Origin: a bacterium
GTDB lineage: Bacteria; Zhuqueibacterota; Zhuqueibacteria; Oceanimicrobiales; Oceanimicrobiaceae
DNA length: 47,208 bases
NCBI GenBank assembly: GCA_046757025.1
Contig: JBHHXN010000023.1
Location: 1 to 47,208, forward strand
Direction: 5' to 3'
The notes under the pieces were generated by a model. That model did not search any database and had not been told where the DNA came from. It saw only the letters and a list, made by a program, of their open reading frames with translations. Made by a program: the position numbers and the translations under genes. This document shows, piece by piece, positions 8,636 to 18,783 of the stretch. Within the stretch, counting starts at the first letter, position 1. Each line of letters starts with the position of its first letter.

Positions 8636-9259
8636 TTAACATGCCTCCCGAAACCCCTCGAAGGCACTTTTCAAATCGCACGCCAATTCATTTCGTTCAT
8701 CACGATAAAAGCTGCAATGGTTCTCCAGTTCCTTCTTTAGTTTGGTTCTGGCCCGATGTAATCTGATTTTGACCGTATCAATAGTGATCCCAAGAATATT
8801 GGCAATCTCTCTATTTTTTAGATCCTCCAACTCACTGAGAACCAGGACAGTCTTGTAATTTTCTGGAAGCCGCTCAACAAATTCTCGGATGCATTCATTC
8901 ATTTCTTTTCGAATAAGTTGTTGGTCAACTAAAGGGGTTGTTTCGTCACGCCATACATCTTTATCCTCGATTTCCGTCTTATCTTTGGCAATTGAACCTT
9001 CAGACAAACTGCGCTTACGCGTTCGACGAAAGGTTGGGCTACGCAGCCTATCTAATGCGGCATTCGTGGCGATTCTATATATCCACGTAGAAAGTCGAGA
9101 TTCACCCCTAAAACGTTTCAATGATTGATTGATTTTTACAAACACTTCTTGAGTCAGGTCTTCAGCCTCATATTCACCAACCAATCCACCGAGATAACGG
9201 GTAACCTTAGGCTGAAAAGTTTCAAAGATATTTTGAAATTCTAATTCGTAATCGTTCAT
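8636..9259 (-). CDS. ECF RNA polymerase sigma factor with Cys-containing C-terminal extension (SigZ/CorE-like)
   Basis: Region 2 AEDLTQEVF...STWIYRIATN; region 4 EIANILGI...TVKIRLHRAR; tail HCSFYRDERNELACD...C. No adjacent anti-sigma gene. Confidence 0.9.
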   Translation of the reverse strand: MNDYELEFQNIFETFQPKVTRYLGGLVGEYEAEDLTQEVFVKINQSLKRFRGESRLSTWIYRIATNAALDRLRSPTFRRTRKRSLSEGSIAKDKTEIEDKDVWRDETTPLVDQQLIRKEMNECIREFVERLPENYKTVLVLSELEDLKNREIANILGITIDTVKIRLHRARTKLKKELENHCSFYRDERNELACDLKSAFEGFREAC

Positions 9260-9399
9260 CTGATTATCTGCCTCTCGATTTTGCTTAGTTCGATTGTATC
9301 AGGAAACGTTGAAATTCATCACAAATAGCACCGACCTACATTGAAACCAAACATGGAAATCGCCTTCAGGATGTTTTACTCACCACAATTTCGTATTCG

Positions 9400-10620
9400 T
9401 TAAATCAAACAAGTTTTCCAAAATTCATCGCGTAAAAGAACCTCCACCTGTTTTCCGGCAGGTAAATTTTCTACGGTTGCAGGAATAATGACGAATGAAT
9501 TACTCCTGGCAAAGGCCAGGATATCGGCCGAACCTTTTGAGTCAATAGCAGCCACCTGAAATTCTGATTTCACCATGGAAGTCCAGGCGGGCGGATAAAA
9601 TGTTCGCCGAGTTCGACTCTTAATTTCATTTTTCAGAGTGGCTTTGACCGTTAAATTATGAATTTGCTCAAAACCCATCATCTTTTTGATGGCAGGTTTG
9701 GCAATGATTTCGAAAATGGTGCTGGCTGAAACCGGATTGCCCGGTAGTCCAAAAACCAGGGTATCGTTTCGTTTCCCAAACACCGCCGGCTTGCCGGGTT
9801 TGATGTTGATTTTATTGTAAATCGTTTCCACCCCCACGCGTTCGAACACCTCTTCCACCAGGTCTAATTCTCCCATGGAAACCCCGCCGGAAATGAGCAA
9901 AACATCATTCGTCAAACCTTGCTCGATCATCTTTTGCAGCTCCTGAATTTTATCCGCTGCGATGCCCAGTAGCGCCGGTTTGGCGCCGGTTTCCTGCACT
10001 TGTTGATAGAGCACATATCCGTTACTGTTGCGTATCTGGCCAGGGCCGGGTGTTTCCTGAATCTCAACCAGCTCGTCTCCGGTCACCAAAATGCCCACCT
10101 GTGGCTGGCGATAAACGGGTACGCGTTCTTTGCCCACCGTGGCCAGCACCCCCGCTACCGCCGGTGAAATCAGGCGCCCTTTTTCCAGCACTCTCGAATT
10201 GGCCCGAATAATTTCACCCCTGCGAGCCACGTGTTTTCCGACAGCAACCGATTCTAAAATTTCAACCTGTCCGTCTGCTCGCGCAGCGGTTTTTTCCACC
10301 ATCTGCACGCTATCTGCACCGGGGGGCAGCGGAGCGCCCGTCATGATTTTTGCAGCCTGGCCCGAAAGCAGACTCACATCGGGCTGCACGCCGGCGGGAA
10401 TAAATCCGGCGACTTTGAGCACAACCGGCGCCTTTTGTACCTCCCTGGCTTTTAAGGCATAACCGTCCATGGCCGATTTGTCGAAGGGCGGCATATCGAT
10501 ATCCGCCAAAACATCTTCTGCGAGCACATAACCGGCGGCTTCGGAAACGGGCACCGGTTCAATGGTGCCTGCTTTCGCGTGCTTCAAGGTTAATTCGATG
10601 GCTTCTTTTACGGAAATCAT
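9400..10620 (-). CDS. moeA: Molybdopterin molybdotransferase
   Basis: PPFDKSAMDGYA, IMTGAPLP, TGDEL, SGGVSMG, KPGKP and GLPGNPVS motifs. Confidence 0.95.
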   Translation of the reverse strand: MISVKEAIELTLKHAKAGTIEPVPVSEAAGYVLAEDVLADIDMPPFDKSAMDGYALKAREVQKAPVVLKVAGFIPAGVQPDVSLLSGQAAKIMTGAPLPPGADSVQMVEKTAARADGQVEILESVAVGKHVARRGEIIRANSRVLEKGRLISPAVAGVLATVGKERVPVYRQPQVGILVTGDELVEIQETPGPGQIRNSNGYVLYQQVQETGAKPALLGIAADKIQELQKMIEQGLTNDVLLISGGVSMGELDLVEEVFERVGVETIYNKINIKPGKPAVFGKRNDTLVFGLPGNPVSASTIFEIIAKPAIKKMMGFEQIHNLTVKATLKNEIKSRTRRTFYPPAWTSMVKSEFQVAAIDSKGSADILAFARSNSFVIIPATVENLPAGKQVEVLLRDEFWKTCLI

Positions 10621-10647
10621 TTTTGATTTTTTTTGGGGGGAATCGCG

Positions 10648-11448
10648 CTAACGGGTAACAATTCGGTAAGGTTTGCCATGCTCGCCTTTGAATTTGTCAC
10701 CAAAGAGAGCGGCGTCGCTGCGGGTTTTAAAAGAACCGATCCAGACCAAATACACTGTGGAAGCATTTTCACGCTTTTCCCGAATTTCAACGGGCAATCC
10801 TAACTTTTCACAGTAATTCTTCAAATTCAGGGCGTTGTTGACTTTTTTGAATGCGCCAATTTGCAGGGCGTATTTTCCCTCTACAAGGGAAAGGTTCGTA
10901 CTCAGCGCAACAAAATCACCTTTATCCGAAATTTCCTTTAAGTCTTCCTTTGCCAGTTTAACAAACTCGGAGCGGGGATTTTGTGCGAGGAAGTTTTTTA
11001 GCTCGGTGTAACACGATTTGAACTTGCCGGAAGCAAACAAACAGGCTGCGGCTAAATACATGGCATCGTCCACCAGATCAGACTGCGGATACTTTTCGAT
11101 CAACTCGAGAAAATGTTTTCTGGCTGTGATATACAGACCACGAGAAAAATAGTACTGACCGCTTTTAATTCGTGCGAGCTCAGCGTATTTTGAATGGGGA
11201 AACCGCTGCGCAAGAAGCTTGAATTTCTCGTTGGCTTTATTGGCGTTGCTTTCTGTCACCGCTTCCAAATAAAAAGCCAGGGGGGCGCCTTTATACTGAG
11301 AAATATAATATTGAATTTTTGCAGAAAGTTTTTTGGAATCGCTGATAGCCAGCAGCTTGTTCAAATCGATCTCTGGTTCCTGAGAAAACAGGTTGGTTGA
11401 AAACGCCAATAAAATCAAAATATGTAACCGCCAATTTCGCATGGTCAT
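10648..11448 (-). CDS. Exported TPR + SPOR domain protein
   Basis: Signal peptide; BamD/YbgF-like TPRs (YP.S); C-terminal LQIGAF....NA...Y.VWIG.F SPOR domain. Confidence 0.8.
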   Translation of the reverse strand: MTMRNWRLHILILLAFSTNLFSQEPEIDLNKLLAISDSKKLSAKIQYYISQYKGAPLAFYLEAVTESNANKANEKFKLLAQRFPHSKYAELARIKSGQYYFSRGLYITARKHFLELIEKYPQSDLVDDAMYLAAACLFASGKFKSCYTELKNFLAQNPRSEFVKLAKEDLKEISDKGDFVALSTNLSLVEGKYALQIGAFKKVNNALNLKNYCEKLGLPVEIREKRENASTVYLVWIGSFKTRSDAALFGDKFKGEHGKPYRIVTR

Positions 11449-11522
11449 ATCAAAATCAAATTTCAGTTGCCAACGGCCGATCTAGCTTTAAAATTTAACT
11501 TTAAAATTTGTTTGTACTCCGG

Positions 11523-12671
11523 CTAATTTTTTGCAAAAGTTTCCCACTCATGGCATTCAGGGCAGCGCCAGAACGCTTCTTCGGATTCAAATCCACACAA
11601 TTGACATTGGAACAGCTCTTTTTGCTGCAGAGATTCGTCGATCAAATTCAACGCCTGCTCAACGGCTTTATCGTTATCACCGGACTTGTGGTACAATCTT
11701 ACCAGATACTTTTTGGCCAGTTTGTGAGCGGCATCCTTTTCCAACACCGCCAGGCACATCTCAATGGCCTTTTCTAATTCGCCTTTTTTCTCGAAGTTTT
11801 CAGCCAGCGCTAATCGCGCCATGTGATTTTCAGGCTGCTTTTCGATGATGTCATAATAGACGTTTTGTATTTCACCATATTTCCCCCCCTCGTAAAGCAG
11901 CTCTTTGATTCGAGCAAACGCCAGATAAGATTGTTCTGGCGCCTTTTCCATAAATTGCCGCAAGATTTTCAGGGCTTCGCTATTTTGATTGTTTTTTTTG
12001 TGTAGATCAGCTAAATAGATGTAAGCTGGCGGACTGGTGGGTGCGGTCTTAATGGCATCTTTGAAACAATTCTGCGCTTCTTTCTCTTTACCCTTATCAA
12101 TGAGCTGCAGACCTTTTTGAACTTTGTACAAAGCAAGCCGGCCCGGATCGTAGTGGTTTTTATTTTTCATAAACTCGCGATAGACTTGAAAGGCGCTATC
12201 CCACTCTTCTTTTTGTTCAAATATTCGCAGTTTCATTTCATGCGCCCAGGTCAGGTTTTTATTGCCTTCCAGAGTCCGATTCAAAACCTCTAACGCCCGG
12301 TCATAATCTTTGGCAGCCTGATAATCTTGCGCCAGACTGCAGGAAATGGACTCGATTTCTTTTGAATTCAAACCGCGGCGAACGGTGAGATATTTGTGCA
12401 CATTGATGGCTTTTTCAATCTGGCCAGATTCACGCAACATATCTCCAATCTTCAAATAGGCATCGATGTTGCGACTGTTTTTTTTAACCGCTTCCTTCAG
12501 CTTCAGCAAGGCACCTTCACGGTCGCCCGCTAACAGCAAGTTCAGACCCTCAGCGTAATCTGTCGCCGCCGTGTCGATGGACGATTCAGGTTTTCTTTTG
12601 AAGATGAAAAGCACCAGCAAGGCCGTTGCTGCGCCAATAATAATAAACAATAATAAAACCGCAAGATCCAT
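11523..12671 (-). CDS. lapB: Lipopolysaccharide assembly protein B (TPR + rubredoxin-like)
   Basis: N-terminal TM, TPR array, C-terminal CQLCG...WRCPECHEW; lies next to lapA. Confidence 0.85.
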   Translation of the reverse strand: MDLAVLLLFIIIGAATALLVLFIFKRKPESSIDTAATDYAEGLNLLLAGDREGALLKLKEAVKKNSRNIDAYLKIGDMLRESGQIEKAINVHKYLTVRRGLNSKEIESISCSLAQDYQAAKDYDRALEVLNRTLEGNKNLTWAHEMKLRIFEQKEEWDSAFQVYREFMKNKNHYDPGRLALYKVQKGLQLIDKGKEKEAQNCFKDAIKTAPTSPPAYIYLADLHKKNNQNSEALKILRQFMEKAPEQSYLAFARIKELLYEGGKYGEIQNVYYDIIEKQPENHMARLALAENFEKKGELEKAIEMCLAVLEKDAAHKLAKKYLVRLYHKSGDNDKAVEQALNLIDESLQQKELFQCQLCGFESEEAFWRCPECHEWETFAKN

Positions 12672-12700
12672 TTTTTCTCTTTACAGTTAAATTGATCAAA

Positions 12701-13030
12701 TTAGGCTTCTTCTTTTATATCAAAACTTACATCGTCATCGCTGAGCGGTAAATTTCTCAAACTATCCAGCTCGTGCTGCATATCCTGCGTCTGTTTTTGT
12801 AACCGGCGCATATCGTTTTTAAGCTGCAGCACTTGAAACACCGACACGATAAGCCAGAAAATGACTCCCAGGCCAAATGAAGCGTAGATCACCAACCACA
12901 ATTGAACCTGCTGAAATTCCCAGACGCCCTGAAGAAACACGACGTCCACTGTTTGGGCGCTATTTTGTAATGCAAATCCCAAAACCATCAAAATGACCAC
13001 AACTGCTAAAAACCATTTAATAGCCCACAT
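12701..13030 (-). CDS. lapA: LapA family membrane protein
   Basis: FALQN motif, two TM helices and a coiled coil; rpsA-lapA-lapB order. Confidence 0.85.
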   Translation of the reverse strand: MWAIKWFLAVVVILMVLGFALQNSAQTVDVVFLQGVWEFQQVQLWLVIYASFGLGVIFWLIVSVFQVLQLKNDMRRLQKQTQDMQHELDSLRNLPLSDDDVSFDIKEEA

Positions 13031-13312
13031 GGCCTCTCCCTTTTCAATAATTCGAATAATTTCGGACTAACGCCGTCAACTGGTTAGAGATAATAAAAGT
13101 TATTCTATCGAATCAAACATTCCGAAATGCTGAAAGCACACAATTGCGATTGCCTGCTTGGGCAACAACTTTACATTATTGCATTTAATGAATGGAAAGT
13201 CATCCCGTCCTCCTCTCCATCCATCATACACAAAAAATATTAAATATGTTGGTATTTCAAACCTGAGACACGTCGTTCAAAAAATCTCCCCGTAGATCGA
13301 TTTTGAACAGAA

Positions 13313-13352
13313 GGACTCCGGCTGAAGTGTTGAATTTCCCCGACCCGAGTCC
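13313..13352 (-). terminator. Hairpin downstream of rpsA (possible terminator or stabiliser)
   Basis: Minus strand GGACTCGGGT...GCCGGAGTCC followed by TTCTGTT. Confidence 0.4.
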
Positions 13353-13381
13353 ACTCATGTTCTCGGTAGTCGTTCAAATGA

Positions 13382-15595
13382 CTACTTTTTTTCTGACTCT
13401 TCTTCAGAATCGCTTTCGTTTTTTTCTCCCGAATCTGATTCGCTTTTTTCGGCAGTTTCAGGTTCGTTTTTTTCCTCAGACGCTGATTCAGAACTGGCTT
13501 CTACCGTATCTGTGGCGCTGTCTGCCGATTCCGCCTGGGTATCTTCAGCCGTTGTTTCTGTTTCTGCTTCTGCTGTCGCATCGGCAGCTGGTGTTTCCAC
13601 ATCATTGGCCGCGCTGGCTTCGGCGCTATCAGCCGCAGTTGCGTCCGTTTCAGCCGCCGCCTGAACCTCGGCAGAAACCTCATCAGGCTGACCTTTGTTC
13701 TTGTCCGCTTTTGTATCTTCGGTTTTTATTTCAGCGGCAGACCTTTTATCAGCGGTAGAAACATTCGATGCCATTTCCTTCTCGTACTCCGCGATGGCTT
13801 CGGCATCATCCACTGCCAATTCCAGCTTTTTGTCTTTTACAGTCTTATCATCAACATGTTTTTCGGAAAGGATAATCTTTTTATTCTCTTTATTGAAATC
13901 GAGCACCAGGATTTCCAGCTCGTCTCCCACCTTGTATGCATCGGCGGGTTTGCGTATGCCTTCTTGCTTCAGTTGGGAAAGCGGCACGAAGCCATCCACG
14001 CCGTCCGGGAGTTCCACGATCACGCCCTTCTCGATCATACGGACAATTCTGCCTTTCGTTTTAGCCTGAGGCTTGTAAACCTTTTCAAATTGATTCCAGG
14101 GATTCTCAGTGGTTTGTTTATAACCCAGAGAAATTCTGCGATTATCCTTGTCGATATTCAATACGACGATTTCAACTTCATCGCCTTTTTTGACCACTTC
14201 CCCGGGGTGGCGGATTTTTTTTGTCCAGGACAAATCGGAAATGTGAATCAAACCATCTACACCTTCTTCCAATTCAACAAAGGCTCCGAAGTTGGTCAAA
14301 TTCCGAACGATGCCTTTTTGTTTGGAATTGACCGGATATTTAGCTTCGATATCGGTCCAGGGATCGGGCTCCAATTGCTTCAATCCCAGAGAAATCTTGC
14401 GGCCCTCGTAATCGATGTTCAGAATCTTGGCTTCAACGGTTTCACCGAGAGAAACAATTTTGGAAGGATGTTTGATATGCTGAGTCCAGGACATTTCAGA
14501 AATATGAATGAGCCCTTCGATGCCTTTTTCCAGCTCCACAAAGGTACCGTAATCAGAAATATTGACCACTTTGCCTTTCACCACATCGCCTACATTGTAT
14601 TTGTCTTTCACGTTATCCCACGGGTGTGGCTGCAATTGTTTCAGACCCAATGAAATACGATCCTTTTCTTCATTAAAATCTAAAATTTGAACTTTGATTT
14701 TTTCGTCAAATGACACGATTTCAGAAGGATGGTTTACCCTGCCCCAGGATAGATCGTTGATATGCAACAGACCATCCACGCCGCCTAAATCGATGAATAC
14801 CCCAAAATCGGTAATGTTTTTGACCGTGCCCTCCAGCACCTGACCTTTTTCGAGATTTTCCAGAATCTCGGCACGCTGCTCTTTCATCCCTTCTTCGATA
14901 AGCACTCGATGAGAAACCACAATGTTTTTACGCAGCTCATTGACTTTGACGATCTTGAAGTCCATGGTTTTACCGATCAACGCATCAAAATCACGAATCG
15001 GTTTCACATCGATTTGGGAACCGGGCAAAAAGGCATCGACGCCTTGCAGATCAACCACAATTCCCCCTTTGATGCGTCGGGTGCATACCCCCTGAAAAAT
15101 TTCATCGGTCTGGTGCGCGGCAATAATTTTTTCCCATTGACGCAGAAAGTCGGCTTTCTTTTTTGATAGCACCAGTTGGCCGTCGCTATCTTCCACATTG
15201 TCAAGATACACTTCGATGTCATCGCCTACCTGAATTTCGGTGATATCCTTAAATTCGTCTATGGGGATGACCCCTTCTGATTTAAATCCGATGTCCACTG
15301 ACACTTCTTTGTCGCCAATGGCCAGAATTTTTCCAACCACCAGTTCTCCTTCCACAAAGTCCGTCAGCGTTTGTTCATAGAGATTCAGCATTTCGCTGTA
15401 TTCTTCTTCAGAATATTCGCTTTCGTCTTCCAAATCACTCAGCTTGTAATAGACTTCCTCAGCCGTGTTTTGGGCTTTTTCAGCGACTGTAGCATTCTGA
15501 TTTTCAGAAACGCTTTGCGTTACCTCAGCATCACCTCCATTCGTCGAATTTAAATTGTTTTCATTACTTTGAATTTGATCCGTACTTTCAGACAT
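13382..15595 (-). CDS. rpsA: 30S ribosomal protein S1 with long acidic C-terminal tail
   Basis: Six S1 repeats (VDIGFKSEG, AFLPGSQID, DGLLHINDLSW, EGLIHISEMSW...); AGGAGG SD; follows cmk. Confidence 0.97.
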   Translation of the reverse strand: MSESTDQIQSNENNLNSTNGGDAEVTQSVSENQNATVAEKAQNTAEEVYYKLSDLEDESEYSEEEYSEMLNLYEQTLTDFVEGELVVGKILAIGDKEVSVDIGFKSEGVIPIDEFKDITEIQVGDDIEVYLDNVEDSDGQLVLSKKKADFLRQWEKIIAAHQTDEIFQGVCTRRIKGGIVVDLQGVDAFLPGSQIDVKPIRDFDALIGKTMDFKIVKVNELRKNIVVSHRVLIEEGMKEQRAEILENLEKGQVLEGTVKNITDFGVFIDLGGVDGLLHINDLSWGRVNHPSEIVSFDEKIKVQILDFNEEKDRISLGLKQLQPHPWDNVKDKYNVGDVVKGKVVNISDYGTFVELEKGIEGLIHISEMSWTQHIKHPSKIVSLGETVEAKILNIDYEGRKISLGLKQLEPDPWTDIEAKYPVNSKQKGIVRNLTNFGAFVELEEGVDGLIHISDLSWTKKIRHPGEVVKKGDEVEIVVLNIDKDNRRISLGYKQTTENPWNQFEKVYKPQAKTKGRIVRMIEKGVIVELPDGVDGFVPLSQLKQEGIRKPADAYKVGDELEILVLDFNKENKKIILSEKHVDDKTVKDKKLELAVDDAEAIAEYEKEMASNVSTADKRSAAEIKTEDTKADKNKGQPDEVSAEVQAAAETDATAADSAEASAANDVETPAADATAEAETETTAEDTQAESADSATDTVEASSESASEEKNEPETAEKSESDSGEKNESDSEEESEKK

Positions 15596-15643
15596 AAATA
15601 AGTACCTCCTTATATAGATTTTTTTTGCTTAAAGCCAAAGGTT

Positions 15644-16354
15644 TTAATTTACAAATTTTAATGCTTTTTGTACAATAAAATTTACACTTTCTTCAATACT
15701 CAAATTAGTATTGTTCAAAATGACGGCATCGTCGGCCTTCATCAACGGGGATAATATTCTTTCTGAATCCTGCTTATCCCTGGCAGCGATCTCTGCGGCC
15801 ATTCGTTCTTTGTCTGAGTCCATTCCCGCTGCAACCAGCTCATGATGTCTGCGCTCGGCGCGAGCCTGAATGGAGGCTTCCAGATAGATTTTTAAATCGG
15901 CATTGGGAAAAACTTTCGTGCCAATGTCGCGTCCCTCTAAAATGATGGACTTATTTTCGGCAATTTCCCACAACTTTTGAGTGACGGCCTGACGAACCTT
16001 CGGATGTTTTGAAACCGAGGAAACGTAGGCGGTCACTTCAGGCGACCGAATCTCTTTGCTGACGTCGCGACCGTTCAACTCCACTCTGGTGCCCTTCTCC
16101 GAGGTTTGTACCATGACATGCGTTTGCGCAAGGATATCATCGATGGCCGTCTCATCCTGCAAGGAAATATGGTTTTGCAGAATTTGTAGCGTATAAGCCC
16201 GGTAAAAGGCGCCGGAATCGATATAGGAAATATTTAGCCTTTTGGCCACCATTTGAGCAGTGGTACTTTTACCAGAGCCGGCGGGTCCGTCAATAGCAAT
16301 GATAATATTCTTTTTAGCGGATTCCTTTCTGTTTTTCAAATAATCACCGAACAC
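15644..16354 (-). CDS. cmk: Cytidylate kinase
   Basis: IAIDGPAGSGKST, DSGAFYRA, EGRDIGT and RDKQDS.R..SPL motifs. Confidence 0.96.
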   Translation of the reverse strand: MFGDYLKNRKESAKKNIIIAIDGPAGSGKSTTAQMVAKRLNISYIDSGAFYRAYTLQILQNHISLQDETAIDDILAQTHVMVQTSEKGTRVELNGRDVSKEIRSPEVTAYVSSVSKHPKVRQAVTQKLWEIAENKSIILEGRDIGTKVFPNADLKIYLEASIQARAERRHHELVAAGMDSDKERMAAEIAARDKQDSERILSPLMKADDAVILNNTNLSIEESVNFIVQKALKFVN

Positions 16355-16358
16355 TCAT

Positions 16359-18068
16359 TTAGTCTTTCATGCGCAGACCTTGTTCTTCGTGCGCAAAGAT
16401 CCAGCCTACCACCTTACCGATGTTGATCATGTCATCTTCAAGCCAGTAACTTCGATCCTGTTCGAAGCGGGAGCTGGTTTCGTTTTCGGGTATCGATTCA
16501 ACCTCGGTCAGAATTTGAGTTATTCTTATCTGCCATTTTTTTAAGTTCGACACCCGTAAGTCCACCCAGCCATCTTTAGCCCATTTGTCGATGGTCTCGG
16601 GGGTGACATCGTAAGATTGCCGCCCCCGATAGGCGGGGATTTTCATGACAGGACCTCTCAACAAGCTGACGCCATCTTTCATGAGAATGGGAATGCCGAT
16701 GGAAAGAATGGCTGAACGAAGATCCTGATTTTGCGCGATCAGCTTTTCCAGTGTATCAGCCAACTCATCGAGTTCGGCTTCAACCACGCCTTGCATGCTG
16801 GAACACACCACCCGCAACAAGAACGCTTCATATAAAAGTTTGCTCAATCTGGGTGGGCCAAGAAGCTCAAAGGCCACGCTGTCGCATTGGTGCATTTCCA
16901 TCAATTCCTGCATTTTCTTCAAAGCAGCATGGCGCATGAGACCGGCCCGATAGGTGGGCCCCATGGTGGCGTTGTCCAACGCATTGATGATGTCGTGGCC
17001 GGTATTCCCCCCTTTTATTTCGTAGATGACGTTTTTAGCTATCTCTTCGGGTGTGACCAATTCCATCTGACCGGAGGAAGAAATGGCGGCAAATTCACCG
17101 AAGGAAAAAATACCGTTTTCGCCAGTGTCGATATACACAGATTTCAGCACTTTGTCGTCCAGACGGGTCCAGCTTTCTAGCCCCTTGGGTGACAATTCAT
17201 CCTGTAGTTTCGTCGCTTTTTCCGGCGGACAGTCGTACAACTGCACCGGTTGGTTGCCTTTTTTAATTTCTCCGTATGAGATTTTTTTCCAGGCGATGGC
17301 GGCGGTGGGTTTGATTTCTTTGGTGATGGGCGCATCCGGGGTTCGCGCCATTAAAAACAGCAATAAACTGTGCGCACCCGCGACAGAGGATTTACTTAAA
17401 AGAATGCGTGACGGCTTTTCCTCCGAATGTGTGTACGGAATATTCAAGCCCATGCCGCCGGTGCCGCTGGTGCCAATTTTAACATAAAACACGGTTTTGG
17501 ATTGGCGCATGGCTTCATAAAGGATTTGCACATGCCGAATCAACTGCGGGATGTAAAGCGTGCACAAGATCTTTTCAACCTCGCTCACAAACTTTTCTGA
17601 GTAATTTTTGTGCTCTTTGAATTGATTGAGCTCGCCCTTCAAATTGTAGTAGCCGCGAAACACGTCCTGATACGCCACGGCTGTGGCCGAGTTCACACAA
17701 TCAACTAGAACGTGTGGACGAAAGCGGCGGATGGTTTGATAGAGATAGGAATGGTGCAAAATTTCGTTGCTCAAATCTTCCAGGTTATCCTGAATCAGCC
17801 AATTACGATATTGGGAGTTCTCTAAAATCTCATTTCGTCCCAGCCCCTGCATGGTGTCCCGCACAAAAATGTTGCCCCAGTAAGGCGTGATTTTGGTTTG
17901 CGTTTCAATGCCTTGTTTTAATTCCTCACAAGCCTCTCGAGCTTCCCACTCGTTTAACGACAAAACGATAAGCTCTTCTGGTTCTTCCTCCAGCATTTTC
18001 CGACAGATGGCCATTCCAACCAGACCCCAGCCACCCAACACCATGACTTTTTTGTTTTTAATTTCCAT
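16359..18068 (-). CDS. Uncharacterised Rossmann-fold (NAD(P)-binding) protein, about 570 aa
   Basis: N-terminal VLGGWGLVG dinucleotide-binding motif and Gly-rich KIGTSGTGGMGLNIPYTHSE. Start taken at ATG 18068 (ORF track gives 18080). Confidence 0.7.
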   Translation of the reverse strand: MEIKNKKVMVLGGWGLVGMAICRKMLEEEPEELIVLSLNEWEAREACEELKQGIETQTKITPYWGNIFVRDTMQGLGRNEILENSQYRNWLIQDNLEDLSNEILHHSYLYQTIRRFRPHVLVDCVNSATAVAYQDVFRGYYNLKGELNQFKEHKNYSEKFVSEVEKILCTLYIPQLIRHVQILYEAMRQSKTVFYVKIGTSGTGGMGLNIPYTHSEEKPSRILLSKSSVAGAHSLLLFLMARTPDAPITKEIKPTAAIAWKKISYGEIKKGNQPVQLYDCPPEKATKLQDELSPKGLESWTRLDDKVLKSVYIDTGENGIFSFGEFAAISSSGQMELVTPEEIAKNVIYEIKGGNTGHDIINALDNATMGPTYRAGLMRHAALKKMQELMEMHQCDSVAFELLGPPRLSKLLYEAFLLRVVCSSMQGVVEAELDELADTLEKLIAQNQDLRSAILSIGIPILMKDGVSLLRGPVMKIPAYRGRQSYDVTPETIDKWAKDGWVDLRVSNLKKWQIRITQILTEVESIPENETSSRFEQDRSYWLEDDMINIGKVVGWIFAHEEQGLRMKD

Positions 18069-18783
18069 GTGCTCGATCAACCATTTGTTTTAAGCTTTTG
18101 ATTTCATCCATGGTCATTTTTCGGCAGGCCCCCGGCTTCAAACCCTGCAGCTCGATGCAGCCGACTTTTATTCTTTTCAAATCCAGCACTTTGTATCTTA
18201 GCACCGCAAACATACGTCGAATCTGACGCTTCCATCCCTGGTGCAAAGTCATTTGAAGTTGCTTTTTATTTTGTGGATTACGAAACGTGATTTTACACGG
18301 CGCGGTTTTGCCTTCTTCCAATATCAAGCCGGCTTGCAACTTTTTTCTATCGGCGGCTGTGAACTCTCTATCCAAAGTCACCTGGTAAACTTTTTCGATT
18401 TGGAACTTCGGGTGTGTAATCTGATAGGCCAGCTCGCCGTCGTTGGTTAAAATCAAAAGACCCGAAGTGTTCTTGTCCAACCGGCCCACAGGAAACAAGC
18501 GATTCTTGCCCGGAACGAGATCCAGAACCGTTTTTCGGCCTTTTTCATCCGAAGCGGTGGTGACGTAACCTTTGGGTTTATTCAAAATAAAATAATCCAA
18601 ATTTGATGGATAGTACAGCCGTTTTCCCGCGACCTCAACGCGATCGTTGTTTTCATCGATTTGAATGCCCAGTCTTGTTTCAGTCACGCCGTTAATGGCG
18701 ACCTTGCCAGATGAAATCAATTCGTCGCATTTTCGACGAGAGCTCAGTCCGCAGCCCGCCAGATATTTATTTAGCCGCATCAT
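18058..18783 (-). CDS. rluB: rRNA pseudouridine synthase (RluB/RsuA family)
   Basis: S4 domain RLNKYLA..G..SRR; LNKPKG, VGRLD and QIRRMF motifs; scpAB-rluB synteny. Confidence 0.9.
   Translation of the reverse strand: MMRLNKYLAGCGLSSRRKCDELISSGKVAINGVTETRLGIQIDENNDRVEVAGKRLYYPSNLDYFILNKPKGYVTTASDEKGRKTVLDLVPGKNRLFPVGRLDKNTSGLLILTNDGELAYQITHPKFQIEKVYQVTLDREFTAADRKKLQAGLILEEGKTAPCKITFRNPQNKKQLQMTLHQGWKRQIRRMFAVLRYKVLDLKRIKVGCIELQGLKPGACRKMTMDEIKSLKQMVDRAHGN

Noticed and set aside
13031..13381. Possible tRNA or known ncRNA between rpsA and lapA
   Set aside because: Hairpins are present, but no cloverleaf, T-loop or recognisable RNA family signature.
13856..14653. Long plus-strand ORFs antisense to rpsA (and similar ones within valS, recG, scpA and ispG)
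   Set aside because: Shadow ORFs opposite well-conserved genes; no independent motifs.
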